Positions 37,434 through 47,482 of a stretch of 64,000 nucleotides of DNA are shown in pieces (position 1 is the stretch's first letter; the number at the start of each line of letters is the position of its first letter). Source of the stretch: Chromatiales bacterium. Its GTDB lineage: Bacteria > Pseudomonadota > Gammaproteobacteria > Steroidobacterales > GCA-2729495. A program made the translations under genes and the position numbers. The stretch is from NCBI GenBank assembly GCA_002688175.1, contig NZCC01000024.1:18126-82125 (forward strand), written 5' to 3'. Under the pieces are notes generated by a model. It had not been told where the DNA came from and ran no database searches. It saw nothing but the letters and a program-made list of their open reading frames with translations.

Positions 37434-39820
37434 AAACCAACCATCAGGCTATAGCCGGACCCAATGCGCTCGCAGCTCACTATAACGGCCAGCCGCTCGA
37501 TCAGTTGATGGCAGCAGCTGCCGGGCAACGGGATGCCGGCAAAGGCGATATCGTGACCTACTCTCGCAAGGTCTTCATCCCGCTGACCGAATTGTGTCGT
37601 GACGTGTGCCATTACTGCACCTACGCCAAAACGCCCAGCCGACTTGAGCAGGCTTATATGCTGCCAGAAGAGGTGATAAAAATTGCGCAAGCAGGCAAAG
37701 CCGCCGGCTGTCGCGAAGCTCTGTTCACACTCGGCGACAAACCGGAACTACGTTACGAGGCAGCGCGCAAGGCCCTTAAAGCGCTTGGCTGCGAAACGAC
37801 ACTCGAATATGTAAAGCAAATGGCGCAACTTGTTCATGATGAAACAGGGCTATTGCCACACCTGAACCCTGGGGTTCTGCAACGCGCAGATTACGATGAA
37901 CTGCGTGAAGTTGCCGCATCCATGGGCATCATGCTCGAGTCAACAGCTGAACGCCTCACCCAACGCGACGGCCCGCATTTCGGTTCACCGGACAAACACC
38001 CGCAAGCAAGGCTCTTGTCGATTGCTGCTGCCGGTGCAGCTGATGTCCCGCTGACAACTGGCATCCTGATCGGCATCGGTGAATCCCGCCAGGAGCGGAT
38101 TGACAGTCTTACTGCACTGCTGGAACTGCACGAACAATACGGCCACATCCAGGAAATCATTATCCAGAATTTTGTGCCAAAGGCCGGCACAAAAATGCAG
38201 GCGGTCGCCGCACCCGCCTTCGAAGAATTGCTGTGGACCGTTGCGGTCGCCCGGCACATTTTTGGCGCCGACATGAACCTGCAGGCGCCTCCGAATCTGA
38301 ATGCCGATCGATTACCGGCCTTGATTGCCGCCGGTATCAATGACTGGGGCGGCGTGTCACCGATCACGCCCGATCACGTTAACCCCGAATCGCCATGGCC
38401 ACACCTGGGTCAACTTGCCGAACAAACTGCCGAAGCCGGCAAACGTCTGACGCAACGACTGACCATTTACCCGGAATATGCCCTGCAAGCCGAGCGCTGG
38501 ATTCACCCGAGACTACATGCCAGCGTACTACAGCATAGCGACAGCGAAGGCTACACACGTGACGATACGTGGGTAGCTGGTACCGCGATGAAACCACCGT
38601 TTCGTGTCCCACGCGTTCCTGCCCCGACGGCAAACCGGCAACTTGCCGATATCCTGACCCGTGCCGAGGATGGTTTCGCCCTGACGACAGCACAAATCGA
38701 AACACTGTTTGCGGCACGCGGTGATGACTTTGGCGCAGTTTGTCGGGCCGCCGATGCGGTGCGTATCGAGCACAGCGGCAACGGGATAACCTATGCGGTG
38801 AACCGCAATATCAACTATACGAACCTGTGCATATTCAAATGCAAGTTCTGTGCATTTTCTAAAGGCAAGACGAGCGAAAACCTGCGCGGCGCACCTTATG
38901 TGCTGGACATGGATGAAATCAGCCGACGGACCGAAGAAGCCTGGTCCCGCGGTGCAACGGAAGTCTGCCTGCAGGGCGGAATTCATCCGGCCTATACCGG
39001 CCACACCTATCTGGATATATGCCGGGCCGTCAAAGATGCTGTTCCGGATATGCATATCCACGCCTTTTCCCCGCTCGAGGTCATGCATGGCGCACAGACG
39101 CTCGGCAAATCAATCGAAGCCTTTTTGACGGAGCTCATGGCCGCCGGACTGGCGAGCCTGCCCGGCACCGCCGCCGAGATTCTCGATGATGATATTCGCC
39201 GGGTTATCTGTCCGGATAAACTGGACTCCGACGGGTGGCTCGATATCATCGCTACCGCTCACAAAATTGGCCTGCAAACCACCAGCACTATCATGTTCGG
39301 CCATATCGAAGCGTCGCGTCACTGGGCCGTTCACCTGCTCAGGCTACGCCAACTGCAGGAACAAACCGGTGGCATTACCGAATTCGTGCCCCTGCCTTTT
39401 ATTCATATGGAAGCGCCCATGTATTACCGTGGCCATGCCCGGCGCGGGCCAACCTACCGCGAAACACTACTGATGCACGCAATCGCACGCCTGACACTGA
39501 ACCCGGTGATCGACAATATCCAGACTTCATGGGTCAAGCTCGGCACGGAGGTTGCAGCGGATTGCCTGAATGCAGGCGCGAATGATCTCGGCGGAACACT
39601 GATGAATGAATCAATTTCCCGGGCAGCGGGTGCAGGTCATGGTCAGGAACTGGCTCCAGCACTCATGGATGCACTGATCGAAACCCTTGGACGAACGCCG
39701 CGCCAGCGTACCACGCTGTACAACACCCCGCCCGCTGAGCGGGTCGCAGCATCTTACCATGCACGCCCGTTGACGGCGATTCACAACGAGCCGGCAAAAT
39801 CATACCAGGCTGCTTCATAA
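37430..39820 (+). CDS. fbiC: FO synthase, fused CofG+CofH (two radical-SAM domains)
   Basis: About 796 aa from the ATG at 37430 (ATGA overlap with the cofC stop). Radical-SAM motifs are CRDVCHYCTY (CofG half) and CIFKCKFCAF (CofH half). The ORF-track start at 37229 lies inside cofC. Confidence 0.9.
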   Translation: MKTNHQAIAGPNALAAHYNGQPLDQLMAAAAGQRDAGKGDIVTYSRKVFIPLTELCRDVCHYCTYAKTPSRLEQAYMLPEEVIKIAQAGKAAGCREALFTLGDKPELRYEAARKALKALGCETTLEYVKQMAQLVHDETGLLPHLNPGVLQRADYDELREVAASMGIMLESTAERLTQRDGPHFGSPDKHPQARLLSIAAAGAADVPLTTGILIGIGESRQERIDSLTALLELHEQYGHIQEIIIQNFVPKAGTKMQAVAAPAFEELLWTVAVARHIFGADMNLQAPPNLNADRLPALIAAGINDWGGVSPITPDHVNPESPWPHLGQLAEQTAEAGKRLTQRLTIYPEYALQAERWIHPRLHASVLQHSDSEGYTRDDTWVAGTAMKPPFRVPRVPAPTANRQLADILTRAEDGFALTTAQIETLFAARGDDFGAVCRAADAVRIEHSGNGITYAVNRNINYTNLCIFKCKFCAFSKGKTSENLRGAPYVLDMDEISRRTEEAWSRGATEVCLQGGIHPAYTGHTYLDICRAVKDAVPDMHIHAFSPLEVMHGAQTLGKSIEAFLTELMAAGLASLPGTAAEILDDDIRRVICPDKLDSDGWLDIIATAHKIGLQTTSTIMFGHIEASRHWAVHLLRLRQLQEQTGGITEFVPLPFIHMEAPMYYRGHARRGPTYRETLLMHAIARLTLNPVIDNIQTSWVKLGTEVAADCLNAGANDLGGTLMNESISRAAGAGHGQELAPALMDALIETLGRTPRQRTTLYNTPPAERVAASYHARPLTAIHNEPAKSYQAAS

Positions 39821-39908
39821 GCATCGAAGACCCTGACTCCGACATCAATTGGCGCACCGGATAAAAGTAAATTTTATTTTCTGGCAGCCAGCGTTCGCAG
39901 GTAACCGG

Positions 39909-40721
39909 TTATTTTGAGGTGAGGCCCAGTTTCTCCACCGCTGCCATAAGTTGCGCCCAGCGCTGCTCGACACTTCCCGTGTAACCAATCGAAAGACGGA
40001 CCAGACCAGGACTGATGCCCGCTTTCGAGCGGTCATGTTCCGAGAGTTCGCTTGAAGTGGAACTGGCCGGACAGGACATCAGTGTCTCAAAGAAACCGAG
40101 ACTTACGGCCATCAAACCGAAGCGGTCGGTGTTCTGCAACAATTCCATAAATTCATTCGCTGCCTCAGTGGTGTGAAGATCAATACAAAAAACGCCGCCC
40201 GCTCCATAGGTCTCATTGCCTATCTGTTTTAATAAAGCGTAATCAGGATGTGACGAAAGTCCCGGGTAGATGACTGCCACGCCCATCGCTTCCAGCCGGG
40301 ACGCATACAGGTGTGCGCGTTGGCTGTGTTCGGTCATCCTCAACCCAAGATGTGGAAGCCGTAAACTGATGTCATAGGCGACCCGCGGGTCCATGGTCGG
40401 CCCGATGAGCATCAGTGAGCCGTAGTGGAGATCCATCAGGCTACTGATAAATTCAGAACTGCCACAGATCGCCCCGGCAATCGCATCGGATGCGCCGTTG
40501 ATGAACTTTGTCAGGCTGTGCACAACAACATCCGCGCCCAGATTCAGGGGCGAAACCATCAGCGGGCAGAAGGTATTGTCGACCACGAGTTGCGCCCCGC
40601 ATGCATGTGCAAGTTCTGCCAGCCGGGGAATATCTGCAATCCGCAGGGTCGGGTTAGCCATCGTCTCTACATATAAAACGCGCGTTTTATCTGTCAGCGC
40701 CTGCTCGACGGCGCCAATTCC
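39909..40721 (-). pseudogene. 5'-truncated Cys/Met-metabolism PLP enzyme (cystathionine gamma-synthase / methionine gamma-lyase / O-acylhomoserine sulfhydrylase family) remnant
   Basis: Family-typical sequence AVEQALTDKTRVLYVETMANPTL...VVHSLTKFINGASD (PLP Lys) begins right after an in-frame TAA (40722-40724). Roughly 130-140 N-terminal residues are missing relative to ~400-aa family members. The next gene starts about 60 bp further on. Confidence 0.7.
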
Positions 40722-40779
40722 TTATCGATAGCCGAGCATAACACCGAAATGGCAGTACAATTACTCGTTTTAGTACAGT

Positions 40780-43575
40780 TTGAAAAATCATGGAAACAAA
40801 GGCCAGCGAAAAATGAACTGCCGGCATACGTGTAATAAATTAGCCTTTATCAGTATTTTTTTGACATTAAATTTGCTCACTGCTTGCAGCAATGACACAA
40901 ACAACGGCGTTGAAACCAACGCAAAACCTGCCGTCGAATCCAATCAATACTTTCGCTTACCGGATACTGTTCGCCCTGAACACTACCGATTAGACCTGAC
41001 GATCATTCCTGATACAGACCACTTTTCCGGTCACACTGCAATCGACATTGAGATTATCCAGCCAGTAAGCACTATCTGGTTACATGGCAAAGACCTGGAT
41101 ATAGCCTCGGCCGTGGTGACAACAAATGGCGGTAGAACCTTACCGGCAACTTATAGCGAAGTAACCACAGACGGCATGGCGCGTCTTGATTTTGCTGAAG
41201 AACTGCAACCACAACATGCAACGATTAATTTTGACTATACGGCACCCTTCAAGGCTACGCTGAATGGTCTTTATAAGGTGAAAGTGGGCGAGGATTCGTA
41301 CGGATTTACACAATTTGAAAGCATCTATGCTCGCAGGGCTTTCCCCTCTTTCGATGAACCACGATTCAAGACTCCATTTGATATTTCTGTTACTACCCGT
41401 TCCGCCTACAGCGCCTTCAGCAATACGCTATCAACCGACGAAATCAAACTCGACAATGACCTGAAGAAAATCAGCTATGCCACCACCAAACCATTACCGA
41501 CTTACCTGGTGGCATTCGCAGTCGGTCCGCTGGATGTTGTGGAATGGACTCCCATCCCACCATCCACCTTGCGCGACCAGCCAATTCCCCTGCGCGGACT
41601 GGCAGCACGCGGACAGGGTAAACGCATGGCCTGGGCGCTGGAAAACACGGCTGAACTGCTTGAGTGGCTCGAAGAATATTTTGCCATCGCATACCCCTAT
41701 GACAAGCTGGACATCGTTGCGGTACCGGATTTTGCCTCTGGTGCGATGGAGAATGCCGGCCTGATCACCTACCGGGAACCGCTGTTGCTGTTTGGCGACC
41801 GACCATCCATCAACATGCAGCGGCGCTATGCAATGACCCATGCCCATGAATTGAGCCATCAGTGGTTCGGTAATCTGGTCACTATGCCGTGGTGGGATGA
41901 TATCTGGCTAAATGAAGCCTTTGCGAGCTGGATTCAGGCCAAGGCAGCGCACGACTGGAGCAAGGAATACAAATTTGACAGGAATACCCAGGCGCGGGCC
42001 ATCAATGCCATGTCTGCAGACAGCCTGATCACTGCCCGTCAGATACGACAGCCCGTCAATAACTCCGGTGATATCGTCACCGCCTTCGATGGCATCACCT
42101 ACCTCAAAGGCGCCGGCGTACTGCAAATGATTGAGCGCTATCTTGGTGAGAATAACTTTCGTGAAGGCATTCGCAATTACATGCGGGAACACGCTTTTGG
42201 CAGCGCCACCGTCTATGACCTGATCGCAGCACTGACTAAAGCGACACAAAAAGATACTTCTGGCAACAAGGATGTTAAGGGAGTGTTTGAAAGCTTCTTG
42301 TTTCAACCAGGCGTTCCCTATGTTGATGTTGCCATGCATTGCGATACCGACAAAGTAACCGTTGCGCTTGCCCAGGAACGCTACCTGCCTTTGGGTTCTG
42401 CCGGTGACCGCAACAAAACCTGGAAGATTCCGGCTTGTCTCGCCTGGGGAACAGGAACCGAGCGTAGCGAAGAATGCGTACTATTGACTGAGAAAAAACA
42501 GACTGTTTCGTTATCGACCTCAGGCGAATGCCCCGCCTGGTTAATGCCTAATGCCGGTGGTGCGGGGCACTTTCGCTGGAACCTCGATGCTGATGGCATG
42601 CAGGCATTGCTTGAAGTCTTCAACACTGCGCTCGATGCTCAGGAGCGCATCTCATTGGTCGACAGCCTGATCGCCGGAGTCTACAACGGCTCAATCCCGG
42701 TCGGGACACTGGTTGAAATGCTCCCGGATATTAGTGCCGCGAAGGAGCGCACTGTCGTAACCTCCCCACTGGGAATCTATCGACGCATCCTGACTCAACT
42801 GCTGAGCGATGACCTGCGCGAGACAGCAAGAAATCATGCAGACGCAATTCTGACCCCCCGCCTCGCGGCACTGGATGGTGCTGACGGGGCAGAATCAAAG
42901 GTTGAAGCAACGATGCTGCGCCGTTACCTCGTAGATTTTCTTGCCCTTGATGTACGTTCCGTGGATCTGCGTAATCAGCTTAAAGAGGCCGCCCATCAAT
43001 ATATCGGTTACCAGGCTGATGGCGCTTTACACCTTGATGCACTGGATCCTGATGTGCTGACCACAGCTTTGATCGTAGCTGTTCAGGACAGTGACCACAG
43101 TTTTACAGATGCATTGATCGAGCAATTAAAAGCCAGCGATAATCAGCGCCTGCGACAGGCCATCATTACCGCACTGGCGAAAGCGATTGACCCCGATGTC
43201 ATTCGCAAGAGTCGCGCCCTGGTAATGAGTGATGCCGTCCGCTCCAATGAACTGCAAAACTGGCTGAGTCTGATTCTAAATCACGACAGCCGGGACGAGA
43301 ACCTGCCCTGGGTTCAGAAGAACCTGGACCTGATCCTGAAAAGTGGTTCCGACCGGATCGCCCGGGATGCACCAAGATCATTTGGAAAATGGTTTTGTTC
43401 CGATGAAGACGCTGCCCAACTAAAAACCATGTTCGAAAGTCGCGTGGATGATTACATTGGCAGTCGCCGAGTCTACGAACAAACCCTGGAAAGTATCGAC
43501 TTGTGCACTGCCTTCAAAAAAGGGCAGTCTGACAATGCGGCTGAATATTTCTCGGGATTGATGCAGAAGCAATAG
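40780..43575 (+). CDS. M1-family zinc aminopeptidase (aminopeptidase N-like), probable lipoprotein
   Basis: GAMENAGLITYRE exopeptidase motif. HELSHQWFGNLVTMPWWDDIWLNEAFA (HExxH-18-E). Lipobox LNLLTAC. The alternative start at 40813 (MNCRH...) is equally plausible. Confidence 0.9.
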   Translation: MKNHGNKGQRKMNCRHTCNKLAFISIFLTLNLLTACSNDTNNGVETNAKPAVESNQYFRLPDTVRPEHYRLDLTIIPDTDHFSGHTAIDIEIIQPVSTIWLHGKDLDIASAVVTTNGGRTLPATYSEVTTDGMARLDFAEELQPQHATINFDYTAPFKATLNGLYKVKVGEDSYGFTQFESIYARRAFPSFDEPRFKTPFDISVTTRSAYSAFSNTLSTDEIKLDNDLKKISYATTKPLPTYLVAFAVGPLDVVEWTPIPPSTLRDQPIPLRGLAARGQGKRMAWALENTAELLEWLEEYFAIAYPYDKLDIVAVPDFASGAMENAGLITYREPLLLFGDRPSINMQRRYAMTHAHELSHQWFGNLVTMPWWDDIWLNEAFASWIQAKAAHDWSKEYKFDRNTQARAINAMSADSLITARQIRQPVNNSGDIVTAFDGITYLKGAGVLQMIERYLGENNFREGIRNYMREHAFGSATVYDLIAALTKATQKDTSGNKDVKGVFESFLFQPGVPYVDVAMHCDTDKVTVALAQERYLPLGSAGDRNKTWKIPACLAWGTGTERSEECVLLTEKKQTVSLSTSGECPAWLMPNAGGAGHFRWNLDADGMQALLEVFNTALDAQERISLVDSLIAGVYNGSIPVGTLVEMLPDISAAKERTVVTSPLGIYRRILTQLLSDDLRETARNHADAILTPRLAALDGADGAESKVEATMLRRYLVDFLALDVRSVDLRNQLKEAAHQYIGYQADGALHLDALDPDVLTTALIVAVQDSDHSFTDALIEQLKASDNQRLRQAIITALAKAIDPDVIRKSRALVMSDAVRSNELQNWLSLILNHDSRDENLPWVQKNLDLILKSGSDRIARDAPRSFGKWFCSDEDAAQLKTMFESRVDDYIGSRRVYEQTLESIDLCTAFKKGQSDNAAEYFSGLMQKQ

Positions 43576-43744
43576 ATCGATTGATATGCGCGTTAAATCT
43601 ATATGAACGAATTATGAAGTAAATTGATACACAAATTATCCTGACAGACAGGCGGTCTGTGCTTGCCCGGCTTTAACTTACAGTAGAACGAGCGATATAT
43701 AATATCGAGCAAACATAGCGCAGATAACCGGGAGAGAATAAGAA

Positions 43745-44515
43745 ATGAACACATCGGCAGACACCCTTTCAATCCGTGACCAGGTAAGTGATGAAGAGTG
43801 GCAAATGAGAGTTGACCTGGCAGCCTGTTACCGCCTCATAGCAATGTACGGTTGGGACGACCTTATTTTCACGCACATATCAGTTCGCATCCCGGGTCCA
43901 GACCAGCATTTTCTAATCAACGCCTACGGTTTGCTATTTGAAGAAATAACCGCCAGCAACCTCATCAAGGTTGACCTGGCCGGAAACAAAATTATGGAGT
44001 CGCCCTATCCCGTCAATCCGGCCGGCTTTACCATTCACAGCGCCGTTCATGAAGCCCGCTCGGATATCCGTTGCGTCCTGCACACGCATACCCGGGCCGG
44101 CGTTGCCGTATCAACGCAACAGGACGGCCTGTTACCGTTATCGCAAATCTCGCTCGTGGCACTGGCTTCAATCGGCTATCACGATTACGAGGGAATCGCT
44201 CTGAATGCGGAGGAGAAGCCGCGACTGGTAGCAGACCTCGGCGATAAATTATTTCTGATCCTGCGCAATCACGGCCTGCTGACAGTTGGCGCATCCATAG
44301 CCGATGCATTCCTGGCGATGTATGCGCTGGAAACTGCCTGCCAGGCACAAGTCCTGGCGCAATCGAGTGGCGTGCCGCTCGTCCAGATCAAGCCCCAGAT
44401 TCTCGCTGGTATTGCTGCCCAGGTTGAAGAAGTTACCAAGGGACTAGGCGGCCAACTGGCCTGGCCCGGACTGCTGCGCAAGCTGGACAAAGTCGATCCA
44501 ACGTATCGCGACTAG
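43745..44515 (+). CDS. class II aldolase/adducin-domain protein
   Basis: 256 aa. RVDLAACYRLIAMYGWDDLIFTHISVRIPG, IHSAVHEAR, VLHTHT, LILRNHGLLTVG. Confidence 0.8.
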   Translation: MNTSADTLSIRDQVSDEEWQMRVDLAACYRLIAMYGWDDLIFTHISVRIPGPDQHFLINAYGLLFEEITASNLIKVDLAGNKIMESPYPVNPAGFTIHSAVHEARSDIRCVLHTHTRAGVAVSTQQDGLLPLSQISLVALASIGYHDYEGIALNAEEKPRLVADLGDKLFLILRNHGLLTVGASIADAFLAMYALETACQAQVLAQSSGVPLVQIKPQILAGIAAQVEEVTKGLGGQLAWPGLLRKLDKVDPTYRD

Positions 44516-44548
44516 TTGACCGGATGCCGGCCGGTTCCTCAGCGCTTA

Positions 44549-45922
44549 TCAAGCACTCCACTGGTCGGCTTCAATCACGCTGTCACGAAAATGCTTGAGG
44601 TTGTTGGCCAGGAACCCCAACGCCAGTATGCCCGCTCCAATCACCACACACACAATGGAGTAGCGTAGCGCGGCATCATCGGCGAACACATAGTCCGTTA
44701 CCAGGGCCACCGAGGTTGAACCCAGGATCAGCCCAAGCAGACCGATCACGAAGTAGTACATTGCTGCTGTAACGGCGCGCATCTGATTAGGCACAATCAT
44801 CATCAGAGATGCTGAGCCGGTCGCTGATGGCATGGCCGCACCTGCAGTGGCTGGAAACAGCATTGCCACAGTCCACTCAGCTGTAGGCATCAACGGAGCT
44901 GCTATCGAGGCGGCAATCAGAATCAGTACGCCGATCAGCGTTGCGCGCATGTGACCATCCCGATAGCCTCGCCGGTACAGCTCATCACCCAGCCAGCCAC
45001 CCAGTGTTACGCCGGTGGGGCCGGCAAATAGAATGACCAGGCCATAGGCGGTGCTGATCTCGGGGATGGTCCAGCCCCAGGTACGAACAAACATGGTGGG
45101 AATCCAGAACATGAAGGCATAGCCGATGATCGTAACTACTGACATGCCCATGAACATGGTTCCATAGGTCCGCCAGCGTTGCAGCAGAAACCGCGCGACC
45201 TGCCCGATCGACATACCATCCTGAGCTTCTGCCACCTGGTCCTGCAGCCTGATTTTATCCTGACGCACGGGCTCCCTGACCGTAGCCATGAGTACGGCGA
45301 TGATCAGACCCGGCAGACCCACCCATAACAATACGGTCTGCCACGCCGCAAGTTCGCCGACCAGCGGCAAACTCACCGCCGGGGCCTTGCTGACATAACT
45401 GATCACCTGACCGCCAACCAGCATTGCAATCCCGGCACCCAGGGAAATTCCCAGGCTGTAGAACGCTACTGGCTTGCCGCGCCGTTCCCGGGGGAAATAA
45501 TCGCTGATCATCGACAGTGCAGCAGGGTTCAATGCGGCCTGGCCGACACCGACGCCGAGGCGAGCAAGAAACAGGTAAGTGAAATTTTTTGCTAATCCGC
45601 AGGCCGCTGTCATCAGGCACCACACGGTAATAGCAATGGTGATCATGCCACGTCGGCTACGCTGATCCGCCATTCGGCCCAGTGGTATCGCCAGCACGGT
45701 ATAGAAAATGGCAAATGCCAGGCCCAGCAACAGGCTCATTTCCGTATCGGTAATACCGAGGTCCGCTTTGATCGGCTGCACAAGTAAAGCCAGAATTTGC
45801 CGGTCCAGAAAGGACACGGCATAGGCCACGGTGAGTATGATCACGACATACCATCCATAGGCCGGTGCCGGATACGATGAGGCGGCTGTGGAATCAGCCT
45901 GGGTTGACTCAGTCACAGCCAT
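44549..45922 (-). CDS. MFS transporter
   Basis: 457 aa, about 12 hydrophobic segments. FLDRQILALLVQPIKADLG, PLGRMADQRSRR (MFS loop 2-3 motif). Paralogous to the partial gene at 63529. Confidence 0.85.
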   Translation of the reverse strand: MAVTESTQADSTAASSYPAPAYGWYVVIILTVAYAVSFLDRQILALLVQPIKADLGITDTEMSLLLGLAFAIFYTVLAIPLGRMADQRSRRGMITIAITVWCLMTAACGLAKNFTYLFLARLGVGVGQAALNPAALSMISDYFPRERRGKPVAFYSLGISLGAGIAMLVGGQVISYVSKAPAVSLPLVGELAAWQTVLLWVGLPGLIIAVLMATVREPVRQDKIRLQDQVAEAQDGMSIGQVARFLLQRWRTYGTMFMGMSVVTIIGYAFMFWIPTMFVRTWGWTIPEISTAYGLVILFAGPTGVTLGGWLGDELYRRGYRDGHMRATLIGVLILIAASIAAPLMPTAEWTVAMLFPATAGAAMPSATGSASLMMIVPNQMRAVTAAMYYFVIGLLGLILGSTSVALVTDYVFADDAALRYSIVCVVIGAGILALGFLANNLKHFRDSVIEADQWSA

Positions 45923-46151
45923 TGTTCCCCTTTATGAACGCAAATCTTACCTTCGATATAATTACGGCCAGGGCCGTGCACGACCATGAGAGAAACTGCG
46001 CTTCGTTTGCACTGCGCACCAACAAGCCGTTTGGGCTGGAATAATGATACAACAAGTCTATGCTCGGTGATTTAATCGGATAAAAATTTCCAGCTATTCC
46101 AGTTAGCTGCCATTTAAAGCTACCAGCCCTTGGCCGGATTGGGGAAACAAT

Positions 46152-47213
46152 ATGGACTACACTCTTCATCAACGCGGTCGTGCGAGCGTAGAGTTCCTCG
46201 TTGACCTCGGCATAGAAGCCGTACGACTGGAAAAAACCGCCGATGAATATGCCGAGGCGGCAGGTCTGACGACGGTGGAACTGCCCGAGGATCTTGACGA
46301 ACTTCAGGCAAAGGTGACCCCTGTGATGCAGGACTGTCTGGATTTTCGGATTTTTCGCGTGGTACGGGAATGGCAACTGGATCAACACGGCCTGATCGCC
46401 ATGGATGCGTTTGACGAGATGCGTCCGGATATAGAGACAATGATACAGGCTCTGCAGGAAGGCCCCACCCGGATTCAATATGCACAAAACCTTAAAGCAC
46501 CGGACTATTGGGATGGTTATGAATTTCACCGCTCCGCCGGGGGTTGGGGTGGACACGATTGCATGGGCTTCGTCCATGGTGAAATCATCCATCGCAAGAT
46601 GGTCAGCAACCACCTGGCTGACGTCATCATGGGTCAGCGCAGAGCCGCGGCAAAAATGCCGCCGGTAGAAAATCCCGAAAAAATTCTGGATATGGGTTGT
46701 GGCAGTGCCCAGTATACTCAGGGTTTGGCCGAAGCCTTTCCTGATGCGGAAATCTGGGGTTGCGATCTAAGTTCGCGACAACTGGAAGAGGCTCAGCGCC
46801 GCGCCAATGAAAAGGGACTGACCTGGCACCTGTTCGAGGCAGCGGCCGAAGACACAGGTCTGGAAAGTAATCAGTTCGACCTGGTAACTTCTTATGCGAT
46901 TTTCCATGAATTCCCATCCAGTGTAGCCCGTGAAGTTCTGCAAGAAACTTTACGCCTGCTTAAACCCGGCGGGGTGACCCTGATGGGAGATGTGAAGGCA
47001 TACCATGCCCACGACGATTACAATCGCTGGAAGGCAGATTTTCTGAACCAGATCCATGGGGGCGATCCTTTCTGGCGTGAATATGCCACCACCGACCTTG
47101 CCACGATGGCTACGGAGGCGGGTTTTGTCGAGGCGGAATGGTTTGGAGTCGGAGATAATCAATATCCCTTCGTACTGATTGCAAAAAAACCTGATGAACG
47201 GAAAACCACATGA
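46152..47213 (+). CDS. class I SAM-dependent methyltransferase with ~185-aa N-terminal extension
   Basis: 353 aa. ILDMGCGSAQYTQGL (motif I), WGCDLS, FDLVTSYAIFHEF, LKPGG. Confidence 0.75.
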   Translation: MDYTLHQRGRASVEFLVDLGIEAVRLEKTADEYAEAAGLTTVELPEDLDELQAKVTPVMQDCLDFRIFRVVREWQLDQHGLIAMDAFDEMRPDIETMIQALQEGPTRIQYAQNLKAPDYWDGYEFHRSAGGWGGHDCMGFVHGEIIHRKMVSNHLADVIMGQRRAAAKMPPVENPEKILDMGCGSAQYTQGLAEAFPDAEIWGCDLSSRQLEEAQRRANEKGLTWHLFEAAAEDTGLESNQFDLVTSYAIFHEFPSSVAREVLQETLRLLKPGGVTLMGDVKAYHAHDDYNRWKADFLNQIHGGDPFWREYATTDLATMATEAGFVEAEWFGVGDNQYPFVLIAKKPDERKTT

Positions 47214-47476
47214 TCGACCAAGTATTAAAAGCAGAAGATACAGACCGACTAGCCCAGGCTGTGATAACACTGACCAAAGAATTATGGGTACTGAAGGACC
47301 GTCAGCGAATCCTTGAAGCTACCTTACAGGATGCCGGAGTGCTGGATAACGCGGCGATTGAAACCTATGATCCTGATACCACTCTCAGTGAAACGTTAAT
47401 GGCTGAACGCCGGCAACTCATAGACAGTGTTCTTGACACCCTGATTACGCCCCCGCTGAATGCCCCTCATCGATAA
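47210..47476 (+). CDS. hypothetical small protein, translationally coupled to the upstream methyltransferase
   Basis: 88-aa ORF with an ATGA overlap to the stop at 47213. Helical-looking sequence with no motif I recognise. Confidence 0.45.
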   Translation: MIDQVLKAEDTDRLAQAVITLTKELWVLKDRQRILEATLQDAGVLDNAAIETYDPDTTLSETLMAERRQLIDSVLDTLITPPLNAPHR

Positions 47477-47482
47477 GCGGTT

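Noticed and set aside
10906-40780. A classical genomic island with integrase, tRNA target and direct-repeat borders around the NRPS/F420 block
   Set aside because: No integrase, transposase, tRNA gene or flanking direct repeats were found by eye. Only the truncated PLP gene hints at rearrangement.
45909-46613. 234-aa minus-strand ORF overlapping the start of the 46152-47213 methyltransferase
   Set aside because: It is antisense to a gene with clear SAM-MT motifs. Its own sequence is low-complexity and motif-free, and it would overlap the MFS gene start.
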